Of a stretch of DNA of 64,000 nucleotides, positions 12,055 through 27,449 are shown in pieces. Below the pieces are notes generated by a model. The model made no database searches. It was given only the letters and a program-made list of their open reading frames with translations, and was not told the DNA's origin. The stretch lies in assembly GCF_009914755.1 (NCBI RefSeq), contig NC_060928.1. One strand, given 5' to 3'. This DNA is from the human T2T-CHM13v2.0 reference genome, Homo sapiens. A program made the translations under genes and the position numbers. Within the stretch, counting starts at the first letter, position 1. Every line of letters starts with the position of its first letter.

Positions 12055-15000
12055 GGAGGTTGAGCAAGATGGCAAAATAGAAGTCTCCCCAGATTGTCCT
12101 CCCAACAGGGAAACAAAATTGAACAATTATCTACACAAAAAAGGACCTTCATAAGAACCAAAAATCAGGTGAGCAATCACAGTACCTGGTTTTTACTTCA
12201 TATCACCAAAAGAGGCACTGAGGAGTGTAGGGACAGTCTTGAATTGAATACAACCCCACCTTCCCCATCTCCTGGCAGTGGCCATGTGCTGAAGAGAGAG
12301 AATCTGTGCACTTGGGAGAGGGTGAGCATGGTGATTGTGGGACTCTGCATTGGAACTCAGTGCTGTCCTGTCACAGCACAAAGCAACACTGGGCAGAACT
12401 CAGCCAGCTCCCATGGAGGGAACATTTAATCCAACCCTGGTGATAGGGGAATCTCCTGTCTCAGCAGTTGGAACCTGAATTCCAGCAAGCCTTGCCACTG
12501 CAGGCTAAAGAGCTCTGGAAAGTTTGTCTAGGCCACAAGGACCACAATTCCTGGATAAGGAATTGTGCGGGGCTTGAAGCCAGTGGACTTCGGGGAGCAC
12601 ATGACCTACTGAGACACCAACTGGGGTGGCCAAGGGAGTACTTTCACCACCCCTCCCCTAACCCCAGGCAGCACAGCTTATAACTCCAGGACAGACTCTT
12701 TCCTTCCACTTGAGCAGAGGAGAGGGAAGAGTAAAGAAGACTTTGTCTTGCAACTTGGATACCAGCTCAGCCACAGTATGATAGGGCATTAGGCAGAGTG
12801 CTGAGGCCCCCATCCCAAGCCCTAGCTCCCAGACAACATTTCTAGACACACCCTGGGCCAGAAAGAAACCTGCTATCTTTAAGGCAAATACCTAGTCCTG
12901 ACAAGATTCACCACCTGCTAATGAAAGAGCCCTTGGGCCCTGAAGTACTCCTTGGTAGCCAGGAGTACTCACCATGAACCCTGGGCGAGACTCAGAGATG
13001 TGCTGGCTTCATGTGTGACCCAGCATATTCCCAGATGTGGTGGCTACGGGGAGAGACCCTTTCTGCTAGAGAAAAAGAGAGGGAAGGGGAAAGGGGACTT
13101 TGTCTTGCAGTTTAGGTACCAGCTCAGCCACAGTGGGACAGAGCACCAAGTGGGCTCTTAGGATCATTGATTCCAGGCCTTGGCTCTTGGACAGCATTTC
13201 TTGAACTGCCCCAAGGCAGAGGGGAGCCTACTGCCTTGAAGGGAGAGTTCCAGGCCTGGCAATATTCATCACAAGCTGACTAAAGATTCCTTTGGCCTTG
13301 AGTGAACATTAGCAGTAGCCAGACAGTATTCCTCATGGGCCTGGAGTGGTGGTGGCCATATGAGAGAGACTCTTATGCTTGTAGAAAAGCTGGGGGAAGA
13401 ATAGGAAGGACTTTTGTCTTGTGGCTTGGGTGCCAGCTCAGTTGCAGTAGAATAGAGCACCAGGTAGATGTGTCAGAAGTCCTGACTTTCTGATGACATC
13501 TCTGTACACTCCTAGGCTTCAGGGGAACTCACTGCCATGAAGGAAAGGACACAAGCTCGGCTGGCTTCAACACCCACTGTAGAGCCCTGGGGCCTTGAGT
13601 GAACATAGCTGGTAGCAAGGCAGTGGTTACTATAGGCCTTCAAGGGGACCCAGTGCTGTACTGGCTTCAGGTATGACCCAGTGCAGTCCCAGTGGTGGTG
13701 GTCACAGGGGTTCTTGGGTCACTCCTTCCACAGCTTCAGGCAGCTCAGCACAGAGCAAAAGAATTTGTTTGGAAGGAAGGAAGAGAAGAGAACAAGAGTC
13801 TCTGCCTGGTAATCAAGATAATTCTTCTGGGTTATATCCAGGACCACCAAGGTGGTGCCTCTGCATTAGGAACCCCCTAATGCAGATATGACTGCAGTGA
13901 CCAAAAACTTAGATCACAACACCAAAGTCACTTCGAATACCTGGAAAGTCTTGCCAAGAAGAAGAGATGCAAACAACCTAGATGGCAAAGACTACAATAA
14001 ATACCTACTCTTCAATATGCAGACACTGAAGAACATCCATAAGCATCAGTACCATCCAGGAAAACATGACCTTACCAAATGAACTAAATAAGGCACCAGG
14101 GACAAATCCTGGAGAAACTGAGATAGGTGACCTTTCAGACAGAGAATTCAAAACAGCTGTTTTGCAAAAACTCAAAGAATTTCAAGATAACACAGAGAGG
14201 GAGTTCTGAATCCTACTGGATAACTTTAACAAAGAGATTGAAGTAATTGAAAAAATTCAAGCAGAAATTCTGGAGTTGAAAAATACAATTGACATACTTA
14301 AGAATGCATTACAGTCTCTAAGCAACAGAACAGATCAAGCAGAAGAAAGAATTAGTGAGCTTGAAGGCAGGCTATTTGAAAATAAACAGAGGAGACAAAA
14401 GAAAAAAGGATGAAAAAGAAGAAAGCACATCTACAAGATCTAGAAAATAGCCTCAAAAGGGCAAATCTAAGAATTATTGGCCTTAAAGGGAAAGTAGAGA
14501 AAGAGGTAAGAGTACAAAGTTTATTCAAAGGGATGATAACAGAGAACTCCTCAAACTTAGAGAAAGATACCAATATATAAGTATAAGAAGGTTATAGAAC
14601 ACCAAGCAGTTTTAACCCAAAGAAGACTACCTCAAGGCATTTAATAAACTCCCAAATGTCAAGGATAAAGAAAGGATCCTAAAAGCAGCCCAAGAAAAGA
14701 AACAACATGCAGTGGAGCTCCAATACATCTGGAAGTAGACTTTTCAGTGGAAACCTTACAGGAAAAGAGAGGGTGGCATGACATATTTAAAGTTCTGGAA
14801 GAAATAAGCTTTTATCCTAGAATACCATACTCAGTGAAAATATCATTCAAATATGAAGGAGAAATAAAGACTTTTCCATACAAACAAAAGCTGAGGGATT
14901 TCATCAACACCAGACCTGTCTTACAAGAAATCCTATGGGGAGTATTTCAATCAGAAAGAAAAGGACATTAATGAGTAATAAGAAATCATCTTAAGGTACA

Positions 15001-18000
15001 AAACTCACTGGTAATAGTACACAGAAAAACACAGAATATTATAACACTGTAACTGTGGTGTGTAAACTATTCTTGTTCTAAGTAGAAAGACTAAACAATG
15101 AACCAACCAAAAATAATAACTACAACAACTTTTCAAGACATAGTCAAGACAGTACAATAAGATAGAAACAACAAAAAGTTGAAAAGTGAGGGAGCAAAGT
15201 TAAGGTATAGTCTTCTTTAAAAATTTTTGATAAGGAGCCTTACTCTGTCTCCCAGGTTGGAGTGCAGTGGTATGATCTTGGCTCACTGCAAACTCCGCCT
15301 CCCAGATTCAAGTGATACTTGTACCTCTGCTTTCCAAGTAGCTGAGATTACAGGTATGTGCACCATACCTGGCTAATTTTTCTATTTCTTTAAGTAGAGA
15401 TGGGTTTCATCATGTTGGCCAGGCTGGTCATGAACTCCTGGCCTCAAGTGATCCACCTGCCTCAGCCTCTTGACATCCTGGGATTATAGATGTGAGCCAC
15501 AGCACCCTGCCTAAAGTGTAGTCTTTATTAGTTTTCTCTTTGTTTGGTTGATTGTTTGTTTATGCATTCGGTGCCAAGTTATCATCAGTTTAAAATAATA
15601 AGTTATGAGATATTATTTGCAAGCCGCATGGTAACCTCAAATCAAAAAATATACAATGAAAACAAAAACGCTAGAAATTAAAATACACAACCAGAGAAAA
15701 CTGCCTTCACTAAAACGAGGTCAGGAAGATAAGAAAAAGGGAAGAGAAGACTCTAAGACAATCAGAAAACAAATAACAAAATGGCAGGAGTAAATCCTTA
15801 CTTAGCAATAATAACACTGAATGTAACTGGACTAAACTCCCCAATCAAAAGACATAGTATGGTTAAATGGATATAAGAAGAAGACACAATGGTCTTTTGC
15901 CTACTAGAAACACACCTCACCTATGAAGAGACACACAGACTGAAAATAAAGAGCTGGAAAAAGATACTCCATGCAAATGGAAACAAAAAAGAGAAAAAGT
16001 AGCTATATTTATATCATATACAATAGATTTCAACACAAAAACTATATAGACAAGGAAGGTCATTATGCAATGATGAATCAATTCAGCAAAAGGATATAAT
16101 GTTTGTAAATATATATGCACCCACCACTGGAGGACCCAGATATATAAGGAAAATATTATTAGACCTAAAGAGAGATTGACCCCAGTACAATAATAGCTGA
16201 AGACTTCAACACTCCACATTCAGCATTGGATATATCATCCAGACAGACAATCAACAAGGAAATATTGAACTTAATAGGCACCATATATCAAATGGACCCA
16301 ATAGATATTTACAGAACATTTCATCCAATGAAATGGATGGAGAATACACATTCTTCTCCTCAGCACATGGATCATTCTCAAGGACAGACCATATGTTAGG
16401 CTGCAAAACAAGTCTTGACAAAATATTGACAATAATTAAAATTATATAAAGTATCTTCTCTGACTGCAAAGGAATAAAACTAGAAATCAATAACAAAAAG
16501 TATTTTGGAAATTATACAGACACATGAAAATTAAACAATATTCTCCTGAATGACCAGTGATTCAATGGAAAAATTTAAAAGAAAATTTAAACATTTCTTG
16601 AAACAAACGATAATGGAAAGACAAAATAGCAAATCGTATGGGATCCAGCAAAAGCAGTACAAAGAGTAAAGTTTATAGCTGTAAGTGCCTACATCAAAAA
16701 AGTAGAAAAATGTCAAATAAACAATCTAACAATGCATCTTAAAGAATTAAAAAAGCAAGAGCAAAACAAACTCAAAATTGGTAGCAGAAAAGAAATAACA
16801 AAGATCAGAACAACAAAGATCAGAACAGAAATAAATGAAACTTAAATGAAGAAAACAATACAAAGATCAATGAAACAAAAAATTGGCTTTTTGAAAAGAT
16901 AAACAAAATCAACAAACCTTTAGCCAGACTCAGAAGAAAAGGGAGAAGACCTAAATAAATAAAATCAGAGGTGAAAAAGAAGGCATTCCGACAGACACTA
17001 CATAAATTTAAAGGATCATTAGTGGCTACTATGAACAATTATACACCAATAAATTAGAAAACATAGAATAAATGGATAAATTCATAGACACATATAACCT
17101 ACCAATATTGAACTATAAAGAAATCCAAAGCCTGAACAGACCAATAATATGTAATGAGATCAAAGCTGTAATAAAAAGTCTCCCAGCAAAGAAAATCCCA
17201 GGACCTGATGACTTTACTGCTGAATTTTACCAAACATTTACAGAAGAACTAACACCTATCACACTCAAAGTATTCCAAAAAATAAAGCAAGAGAGAATAC
17301 TACCAAACTCATTCTACCAGGTCATTATTATCTTCGTACCAAAATCAGACTAAGAGACATCAAAAAAAGAGAAAAGTAAAGGCCATATCTCTGATGAACA
17401 CTGATGTAAAAATCCTCAACAAAATACTAGCAAACCAATTCAACAACACATTAAGAAGATCATTCATCATGACCAAGTGGGATTCATCCCAGGGATGCAA
17501 GGATGGTTCAACTTACATAAACCAATGGATGTGATACATCATGTCAACAAAATAAAGGACCATATGATTATTTCAATTCATGCTGAAAAAGCATTTGATG
17601 AAATTCAACATCCCTTCATGATAAACACCTTCAACAAACTGGGTATAGAAGAAACATACCTCAGCAAAACAGAGCAATCAGACAAGAGAAAGAAATAAAG
17701 GACATCCAAATTGGAAAGGAAAAAAGTCAAATTATTCTTGTTTGCAGATGATATGATCTTATATTTGGAAAAACCTAAAGACTCCTCCAAAAAACTATTA
17801 GAACTGATAAACAAATTCAGTGAAGTTGCAGAATACGAAATCAACCTACAAAAATTCATGGCATATTGCCATGCCAGCAGCAAACAATATGAAAAAGAAA
17901 CGAGAAAGTAATCTCATTTACAATAGCTACAAATAAAATAAAATACCTAGGAATTAACTTAACCAAAGCAGTGAAAGACTTCTGCAATGAAAAGTATAAA

Positions 18001-19860
18001 AGATTGATGAAAAAAATTGAGGAGGCTTCACAAAAAAGGAAAAGATATTCCATGTTCATGGATTGAAGAATCACTATTTTTAAAATGTCCATACTATCAA
18101 AAGCAACCTAAAGATTCAATGCAATCCCTACTAAAATACCAATGACGTTCTTCATAGAAATAGAAAAAATCTAAAATTTATATGAAATCATAAAAGACCC
18201 ATCATAGTCAAAGCTATCCTGAGCAAAAAGAACAGAACAAAGGGAATCACATTACCTGGCTTCAAATTATACTACAAAACTATAGTAACAAAACAGCATG
18301 GTTCTGGCATAAAAACAAACATATAAACCAATGAAACAGAATAGAGAATCCAGAAACAAATCCAGACATCTACAGTGAACTCATTTTTCACAAAGTTGCC
18401 AAGAACATACACTGGAGAAAGAACAGTCTCTTCAACAAATGGTGCTGGAAAAACTGTATATCCATGTGCAAAAGAATAAAACTAGACCCCTACCTCTCAC
18501 CACATACAAAAATTAAATCAAAATGGATTAAAGATTTAAACTTAAGACCTCAAACTATAAAACTGCTAAAAGAAAACATTGGGGAAACGCTCTAGGAAAT
18601 TGGAGTGGGAGTAGATTTCTTGAGTAGTGCCCCACAAACACAGGCAACCAAAGCAAAGACAGAAAAATGAGATCATATCAAGTTAAAAAGCTTCTGCATT
18701 GCAAAGGAAAGAATCAGAAAAGTGAAGCAACAACCCACTGAAGGGAGAAAATACTTGCAAACTATCTATCTGACAAGGGATTCATAACCAGAATGTGTAA
18801 GAAGCTCAAATAACTTTTTGGAAGAAAATCTAATAATCCGATTAAAAAATGGGCAAAACACCCAAATAGACATCTCTCAATAGAATACATATAAATGGCA
18901 AACAGGTATAAGAAAAGGTGCTCAACACCATTGATTATCAGAGAAATGCAAATCAAAAAACTACAGTGAGATATCATCTCATCTCATTTAAAATGACTTA
19001 TATCCAAAAGACAGGAAAAAAAAAATGCTAGTGAGGATGTTGAGAAAGGGGAATCCTTATACGCTGTTGGTGGGAATGTAAATTAGCTCAACCACTATAA
19101 ATAAATAACAGTGTGAAGGTACCTCAAAAACCTAAAAATAGAGCTATCATATGATCCAGCAATTGCACTGTTAGGTTATATACTTAAAAGAGAGAAAATC
19201 AGTACATTGAAGATATCTGCACTTCTATGTTTATTGCAGCACTGTTCACAATAGCCAAGATTTGGAAGCAACTTAAGTGTCCATCAACAGCTGAACGGAT
19301 AAAGAAAATGTGGTACATATACACAATAGAGTAGCATCCGGCCATAAAAAAAGAATGAGACCCAGTCATCTGCAACAACATGGATGGAACTGGAGGTCAT
19401 TATGTTAAGTGAAATAAGCCAGGCACTGACAGAAAAACTTCACATGTTCTCACTTATTTGTAGGGGCTAAAAATTACAATAATTGAACTCATAGAAATAC
19501 AGAGAAGGATGGTTACCAGAAGCTGGGAAGGGTAGTGGGAGGTTAGAGGGGAAGTGGGAATGGTGAATGGGTACAAAAATATAGTCAGATAGAATGAATA
19601 AGGTCTAGTATTTGATAGCACAACAGGGTTCCTACCGTCAACAATAATTTATTGTACATGTAAAATTAGCTAAGAGTATAACTGGATTGTTTGCAACACA
19701 AAGTATACAAGCTTGAGGAGATGGATACTCCATTTAGCCTGATGTGATTATTACACATTGCATGCCTGTATCAAAATATTTCACATACCCCATAAATATA
19801 TATACCTACTACATACCTGCATAAATTAAAAATTAAAATTTTTTGAAATGTAAAAAAACA
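12055..19860 (+). mobile_element. Near full-length decayed L1 (L1MA2/L1MA3-like), antisense to host gene
   Basis: 5' ggaggttgagcaagatggc; ~2-kb GC-richer 5'UTR; ORF1 remnant (FYPRIPYSVKISFKYEGEIKTFPYKQKLRDFINTRPVLQEIL); ORF2 remnants ([41 protein letters not shown]); L1MA-type 3'UTR. Confidence 0.92.
15222..15511 (-). mobile_element. Alu (diverged AluS/J) inside L1 inter-ORF region
   Basis: Reverse Alu; flanking repeat taaggtatagtctt / taaagtgtagtctt. Confidence 0.92.
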
Positions 19861-20815
19861 AATTTTCTATAATAAAAAATAATGAAAGTTTCTTGTAAAT
19901 TTTCCAGTGCTATAAATCACAAATACCCAAACCTGTTTCTGCTTTCAGAAACATAACAAAATAATCCTCTGATTCTTCAGGGTTCTTCAAGCTATTGCCA
20001 CTTTCCTTTCTTTCCCTTCATAGGAAAAGCTTGTGACAAATAAACTGATGTCTTTGTCTGATTTCAGGGACTGATTTCACTTTTTCACTCTGCACTTCAC
20101 TATATTCTGGCTTTTAAAATAAATCTCTATGGAATTAGTCCACTCCCAAAATCCCAATTCCCTCCCAAGTTGTTCCATTTAGCTATGAAGAATTCCTATA
20201 AGAAGCCACAGCTGACTCCAGAATTCACATTAGAAAGCCTGGGCTGCTGGTATCTATTCTTGGCCCAAATCCTAAACTACTTCAACAGAGCAAACTTACT
20301 CCTCTCTAGACTCTCCAAGCACCTTATTTTGCTTTTAGTGCCATTCCTTTATTGTCTTATCCTCTATATTTAACACATGGACTTGTTATTTCAGACATGC
20401 CTTCCTTTCTCCCATGTTCATACCTCCTGATACCAAGATGTCATCCCCAGAACATCTCAGGTAATGCTGTTCCCAACTCAACCAAGCCCAGGGACTCAGT
20501 GAGTTGTAGCCCCACTCCCAGCAGGTGGCAGCCCACTACCTCACTTACTTCTGCTTTTGGGACAGGCACCCAGGTGAACCAGTAGCCATTTTTCCATCTC
20601 TATCTTACCTAGCCCCTGCTCTATATTAAATATGGTTGACCGCCCCGTTTCTTAAATGTGCCACTTTCTTGTTTCTCTAACACCATCCTCCTGGGAATTG
20701 TCACTATCACCCTAGCCCTCCAACTCAATCTCCTTTTTAGATACATTATTTGATCAACTCCTGTAAAATATTGATGTTACTTTAGATTTTCTTCTCAGCC
20801 CTCCCTCTTCCTTCA

Positions 20816-21270
<455 letters not shown>

Positions 21271-24200
21271 AGGTATAAACAACCCCCAGGCCTCATTGAG
21301 GCTGTCTTGGAAACACGTGAGAAGCACATTCCTCCTTATCATCCCTCACTGCTGTGGCTTTCTTCAGGCCTGGGTCATTATCACATAAATCACCACAGTA
21401 TCCTCCTAACTCATTTCTCTCCTCCAGGGTACACTCCACACAGCTTCCAAAGTGAGCTTTCTACAACGTCAAGTTTGATTTTGATAATTTAAAGGCCATC
21501 AATGTCTCTCTCTTCCAAATTATCACTGGAAAGCACATGAGGCTCTGTGCACGCTGCTCTCCAGCTATTCCAGATGAGACGCTTGGTCGCGGGGTCAACT
21601 CACCACACCCTGTGGAGGCCCCAAGCTTTGTGCATGACATTTCCACTGCCTGGCACAACTATCTCCCCGACCCTTCCCTCTTACCCCATGAGTTTTTTTT
21701 TCCTCATTTGTGCATATATATGCCTTTTGTTATCTTAGAAGTAATGGTTAAATGGTAAAATGATATCAACAGACATTTGGGGAATACCCACTAGGAGCAA
21801 ATATCCTCTAGCTCTGCTATCCACAGGGTCTGGCTGCACTTTCATCTTCATATCTTAGACTTATAACTACTGGTAATCATGATGGTGAAATGCTTTAGAG
21901 ATTACAAAGTGCTCATTTGATCATCAAAACCACCTTTTAAGAGACTAAATGAATAGATGTTCAAGGCTCCTTAAAATTGAATATTGTATATAATATATCA
22001 AATATATAGTCAACATATAATAGGAAGTATGTTGGGGAAGGAGAAAAACTGTGAGGGGTATCCTCAGGAATATTGATGAGTGTCCTTCAATAGTTAAAGA
22101 TGTATGAAGCAGAGTTACAGTTTTAAACAGTACAGCTGATATGCACACAAAATTAGTTGATTTCTTGATGCTTGATCTAATATTTTTTATGAGCCCCACT
22201 CAGTATTTTGTTTATCAAAGGCAGAATATCCTCTCTTTGTACTCCTGCTATAATAATCCTAATGCTATCCGCAGCAAATGGATGTGTTTTGTAGAATAGG
22301 TGGAAGGTCTTATCTACAGATAGGCAACAGAAGAGTATTAATATAGTTCCAAAATATTAACCCTTTACATTTATAAACAAAGTACAACAGTTCAGAACAG
22401 TGTTATGCAAAATCATCATAAAAAATCATAAGTGGCTTCCAGGGCCGAGCCTTGACAGAGGTGTTAAAACACCAACAGGGAATGTGTAAATCAAAAGGAA
22501 ATTGGTGAGTAATGGAAGCCCAGGCAGTCAATGAAGGCATCATAAAATCTGACTTGGCAGGGCTGGGTAAGCTCTGCCTGAGGAAAGAGTAATGTAGGCT
22601 GATGACACTCAACACTTGAATGACATCCTACTCCTAATTGTTGAGGATTAGCAAGCAACTTTCTGTTTACAACTTCGCTTCTTGTGTCTTTTATTCCTAG
22701 AAAGAGAAAACTGGTCATTCCAATATGACTACTGTAATCCACATAACAATCACAGCTCACCAAATAAATAACAAAACTGTCATGGTGTATATATCAGTCT
22801 CTTTCATATTGGTGAATAAATTCCCACCCCTGGGGAAAGGAAATCCTTGGTGAGTTAATCAAATGATGTCTTGTGCCTGTATGGCTGAGGGCCAGATGTG
22901 GGACTTGGGTGAATTTGCAAAGATAAAAACTGCTTTGTGAAGTACGTACCCTCTTCTGAGAATAAGACGTTTCTCTATCTTCCTTCCCTACAGCTAACTT
23001 GGAGTCATAAGTCAAATGATTAAATTCCATACCATTTTAGATGCCTAGTTAGATAATGCTCATTCCAATGAATTTATAATAAAACAAGAGACAGTCCCTA
23101 AATAACAAAATAGCAATGACAGATAACATGTGCTTCCCTCTTTCATTATCATAGGAATTCATATGTGGAAACATTCATACATTCCAAAGCCGAGAATAAC
23201 ACTGTGTTTATGGAGAAATTCATCTCCTTGGAAAGTATCATTCTTATCTGGTTTGAAGACAAAAAAAGACATACCGTAGGCCCCTAACAACCACTAGTTC
23301 ATTGTTGTAATATAATTGTTATGTAACAACTGGTTGCTCTGGTGAGAATTTATACCCAAGTAACTTTATGAAATTCATAGATTTGGGACAGAAAGATAAC
23401 AAAAATAACAACCAAAGAAAGCAATGACTAGTATCCTCTTAAAACTTAATCTTTACAGTATCCCTGTGAGGAAGTCATCAAAGAGAATATGCCCAGTAGA
23501 GCCATCACAGAGGCCGACCCACTCAACTACATTAACTGGTGTCATGAGTTTCACACTCTAACACACATGTGCCCAGCCTTACCAAGAGTGGAGCCTGAAT
23601 TCAACAGATCAACTGCCAAAGGGCTGGAAGAAGGGTTTTTCCTTCAAAACATCAAGATCTAATTTATGTATTGTACAATAGTAAATACATTTTACTAGTG
23701 AGAGTCCTCCCATATGTCATCAGTTTTAATTTTATTTCATTTTCAAAGTCTGAGTATTTACTTTTAATCGGGGTATCAATATCATTCATAATTTCAATTT
23801 CTCCCCTCCTGGCAAGTCAATGAAATGCATGAAGTTGTGAATAGTCCACATCATGGACTATGATTGCTGATTCATTCTTATCATGACAATCAAAGCACCG
23901 GAAATGAAACCGAAGAAATAAAAGCTGGTTTCTAGGAGATTCATTTAAATTGTTTAGTTGAGTTAAACATCGTGGGCAACCAAGTGGTTTATCCTTAACT
24001 TTTAAAGAGATTCAGAACAGTTACGTTTTCTCTAATCTGGCTTGGAAATGCGAGGGGTGGAGGGGTAGTCAGGAGGGGTGGCATTCACAGTAAAGAGCGG
24101 GGAGTCACTTGGTTAACTTTTCTTGTCACACTGCTGTGGGGCCAGCCTGTGTCTTACCAGAAATTCTGAGTGCCTCTTCCTACGATTAAGTGAACATTTA

Positions 24201-25577
24201 ATGACTGACTCTTAAAGAACTTTTACCAACCAAAAGACTGATTTGAAAATAGAAACTATACATTATTTTAAACAATTGAGATGCTAAGTTTAATAATGTT
24301 AATAGATGAATGCAATGTTAATCAAAAGCTGAACCTGTGGGCTTTCCAACAAAGAAATGTTAAACAAATAACAATACACTGGAGTTATTTGTTTTAACTT
24401 TTAATTTTTTGTTTTCTTAAAAGAATAAGAAAATGTTAAAAGCAGTTTGGAGTGATGAAAATGTATAATAATACCAAAAATAATTCACTCAGGATGACAA
24501 GTGGTGCCTACTCATAGATCAAATGTGTGAGTGGCCCACAGAAAACTTAAGCTTCCGATAGGCATCTATTTTTCATTTGAAAATAAAGGTTAAAATTGCA
24601 GGTGTATTTGGGGAGAAAATAACGCTGGCAGCTATAAAATGTTATTAAATAATTTATATCAAGGCTATTCCAACACTGGTAGGTGGATTTACAATCTTTT
24701 AAAACCACTAGAATTTGGGAATTTGAAAGCAAAAAACGAACAAACGAGGAAAAATAATCTTCTGGTGTCTAAAATATGATCTGGCAGTTTGTAATGAGTT
24801 CATGTTCCAAGCAAAGCATCAGCCAGCTTGAAATGTCAATCAATATTTTATGATGTTGTCATTATTTTTCACAGGGGCCCAAGAAACCCTGCTGACCCAG
24901 GTGTGGATTAATTACATCTAGTCAGCTTCAACAGCTTCCTTAACTGTCATCCTTTCCTTTTGCCTCTTTCCTGTTACACCTGCAACTTTTAGTTCGCCTC
25001 TCAATTTAGACTTATGCCCTTCACACGTTATATTTGCTCTTCAAAGAGAGGTCCCAACCTATTGCTTCAGATGTCTTGACATGTACACCTACCTGGATAT
25101 TTATGGATACCACATGCTTATATTATTTCCAGAAGTATCTATAGGCTTTTTTATGTGTAATATTTAATAAAGGAATTTTCAGAGTAAGTTCTATTAAAAA
25201 GATAAAAGCTAAATTTAATTAAGTAATTCCAAACATAAGGGAACTAAGAACAACTCTGACAAGAGGTCAGGAAAACACAGTAAGAATATCAGATTGAAGG
25301 CTCCCCATCCACTTATTCATTAGCTTTTCTAACTGAATCTTTAATGGGAGGGCCCTCCTTTAGAGGTCAGAAGGAATTTGGTCCTCACTGTCTTCTGCCC
25401 TGTCATTTCATCTCAGACCAGGTTCCACTTAACCATGTTTATTCCAATATCAAGAACAGGCATTGAACTAAAAAATGTATAACTGAATGCGCAATGGCAC
25501 TCTTGTAGTATAATCCGTACTCTTAAGCATTTTGTCAAAACAGGTACAATATATGAAAAACTTGAAGGGACACTCAC

Positions 25578-26435
25578 CTGCCTCACAATTTTCAGTCACG
25601 AGCCCTTTATACAGGTGGTGGCTGAAGGAAATCTTTACATCTTCTCCTTCCATGTGAATGACCAAGAGACCCGTGGTTGTCCTGGCTGGAATGCCCTGGT
25701 CTGTAACTTTTAACTGCAGCCAGATAGGGAAGTATTCTGAAGATGGATTTTGCTGAAATTGAATTTCTCCTGTGTATTTATCAATAGAAAACATTGACTG
25801 GGTCTCTGCAAAACTAAAAACCACAGTTCCATTGGGCCCCAAGTCCAGGTCATCAGCTCTCACAATGACAGTTGTCTGGTTTGTAGGCGACTCGGGGGAA
25901 AGAAACACATCAAAAGGGTTCTGTTCCAAAACTGGATCATTGTCATTAACATCAGTGACATATACTTTTATAATTACAGTGGTGCTTCGTGAACCCTGGA
26001 TGCTACAGTCTCTGGCCACAGCACTAAATGTATGCTGAGATCTGGCTTCACGGTCGAGGGTGTTGCTGGTTTTCAATGTGCCTGACATAGGATCAATGGT
26101 GAATGCACCAGAAGCCTCATCAGTCAGAAAATACTCAGTTTGCCCATTCAGGCCTTCATCCTTGTCCACAGCTGAAAGCACAAGAACCACTGTTCCCACT
26201 TCAGCATCTTCTCTCACAGAGGACTGGTAATAAAGTGTGGGAAAAGAAGGACTGTGGTCATTGGCATCCAAAACTCTAACTTGCAGGTGTATTACAGAGC
26301 TCCTAGGTGGATCTCCCAGGTCAGAGCACAGAATGACAAGGGTAAAATTGCTGATTTGCTCCCGGTCCAAAGCACGAGTGGTTGAGAGTTCTCCTGACAT
26401 CTCATTTATAGTAAAGCACTCATCAGTATTTCCAT
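25578..26435 (-). CDS. DCHS2: DCHS2 coding exon, 858 nt, phase 1-1 (EC repeats)
   Basis: Acceptor TTTAATAG|AT, donor CAG|GTGAGT; encodes DGNTDECF..LDRE..DANDHSP..DVNDNDP..TENCEA. Confidence 0.97.
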
Positions 26436-27449
26436 CTATTAAAGAAAACAATTACAAATTCATTTGAATTGAAAAAGTAGCAGCTCTTTGCTAGCACTAT
26501 CTATGGTATTCATTTATACATTCATTAAAAATATATTTATTCCCGATTATATTGTATCCTAGCACTTTTGTAAATATTGGGGATATAACAGTAAGCATGA
26601 TAAAGGCTCTGCCCTCATGAAACTTCTATTGAGGGGATAAACAGAATAATATGATTCAATGCCTATCTTTAATCAGTCAATAATTAGAACACTTGCTTTC
26701 ACTAATTTGCAGCCGTATGATTTTTTGTGTGCATCTACAACTTTTAATTTTAATATATTTTTCCTCATAAGAGGATGAAGATATATGTTTTATTTAACAC
26801 AAAACAATAGTTGAGGATAAAAAAAACAGAATATAATGTCCTTTTTTAAGATATCAATCAGAAATGAACAGATTTGATTTGTAGTTATTTTCTCAAATAG
26901 TACCCACTACAGTATTCATGCCTGTTATACTATTGCAGTAAGCCTTCTCTTCTACATGTCCACAGCATTTTGTACAAGAATCATAACACTTTGGTTAGAG
27001 TTAGTTGGACACTTGACTATTTCTTCCAAAACATAAATAAGGACATTGTTCTATTCATCTATTCCTTAAAAAAAATCTGCCCTTTATTATATTCCATCAT
27101 ATCAAGTAGAATAAAACTTAAAATTGAACACAGGGACAAAAAGCTTTCAAAGACATTTTTAAATAACCCTGAAAATTAGTGAAGAAAAATGTGGTTCATA
27201 TGCTTGCCAGCCATATTCTTGGATGAAGAGCAGGCCCAATAGTGTGGGAACTTACTAGAGTCTGCATATCAGAGGCATATGAGGACCAAGTGGAATGGCA
27301 TTCAAAGGAAACAACAGCAATAGGTAGCTTTAGGGAGGAGGAGAGGGCCCTGCATTTGTATTCATGAGGAACAGTTAATTTACACCAAAAGTAGAGATGA
27401 TTGGACAAACCCACATTTCTGTAGTATTTGTGGCTGATAAAGTGATTCA

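Noticed and set aside
16797-16826. 15-nt tandem duplication aacaaagatcagaac in L1 ORF2
   Set aside because: Ordinary slippage in neutral sequence
8263-19381. ORFs with reverse-transcriptase/L1 motifs
   Set aside because: Fragments of dead L1s broken by stops, frameshifts and deletions; not an active or novel RT system
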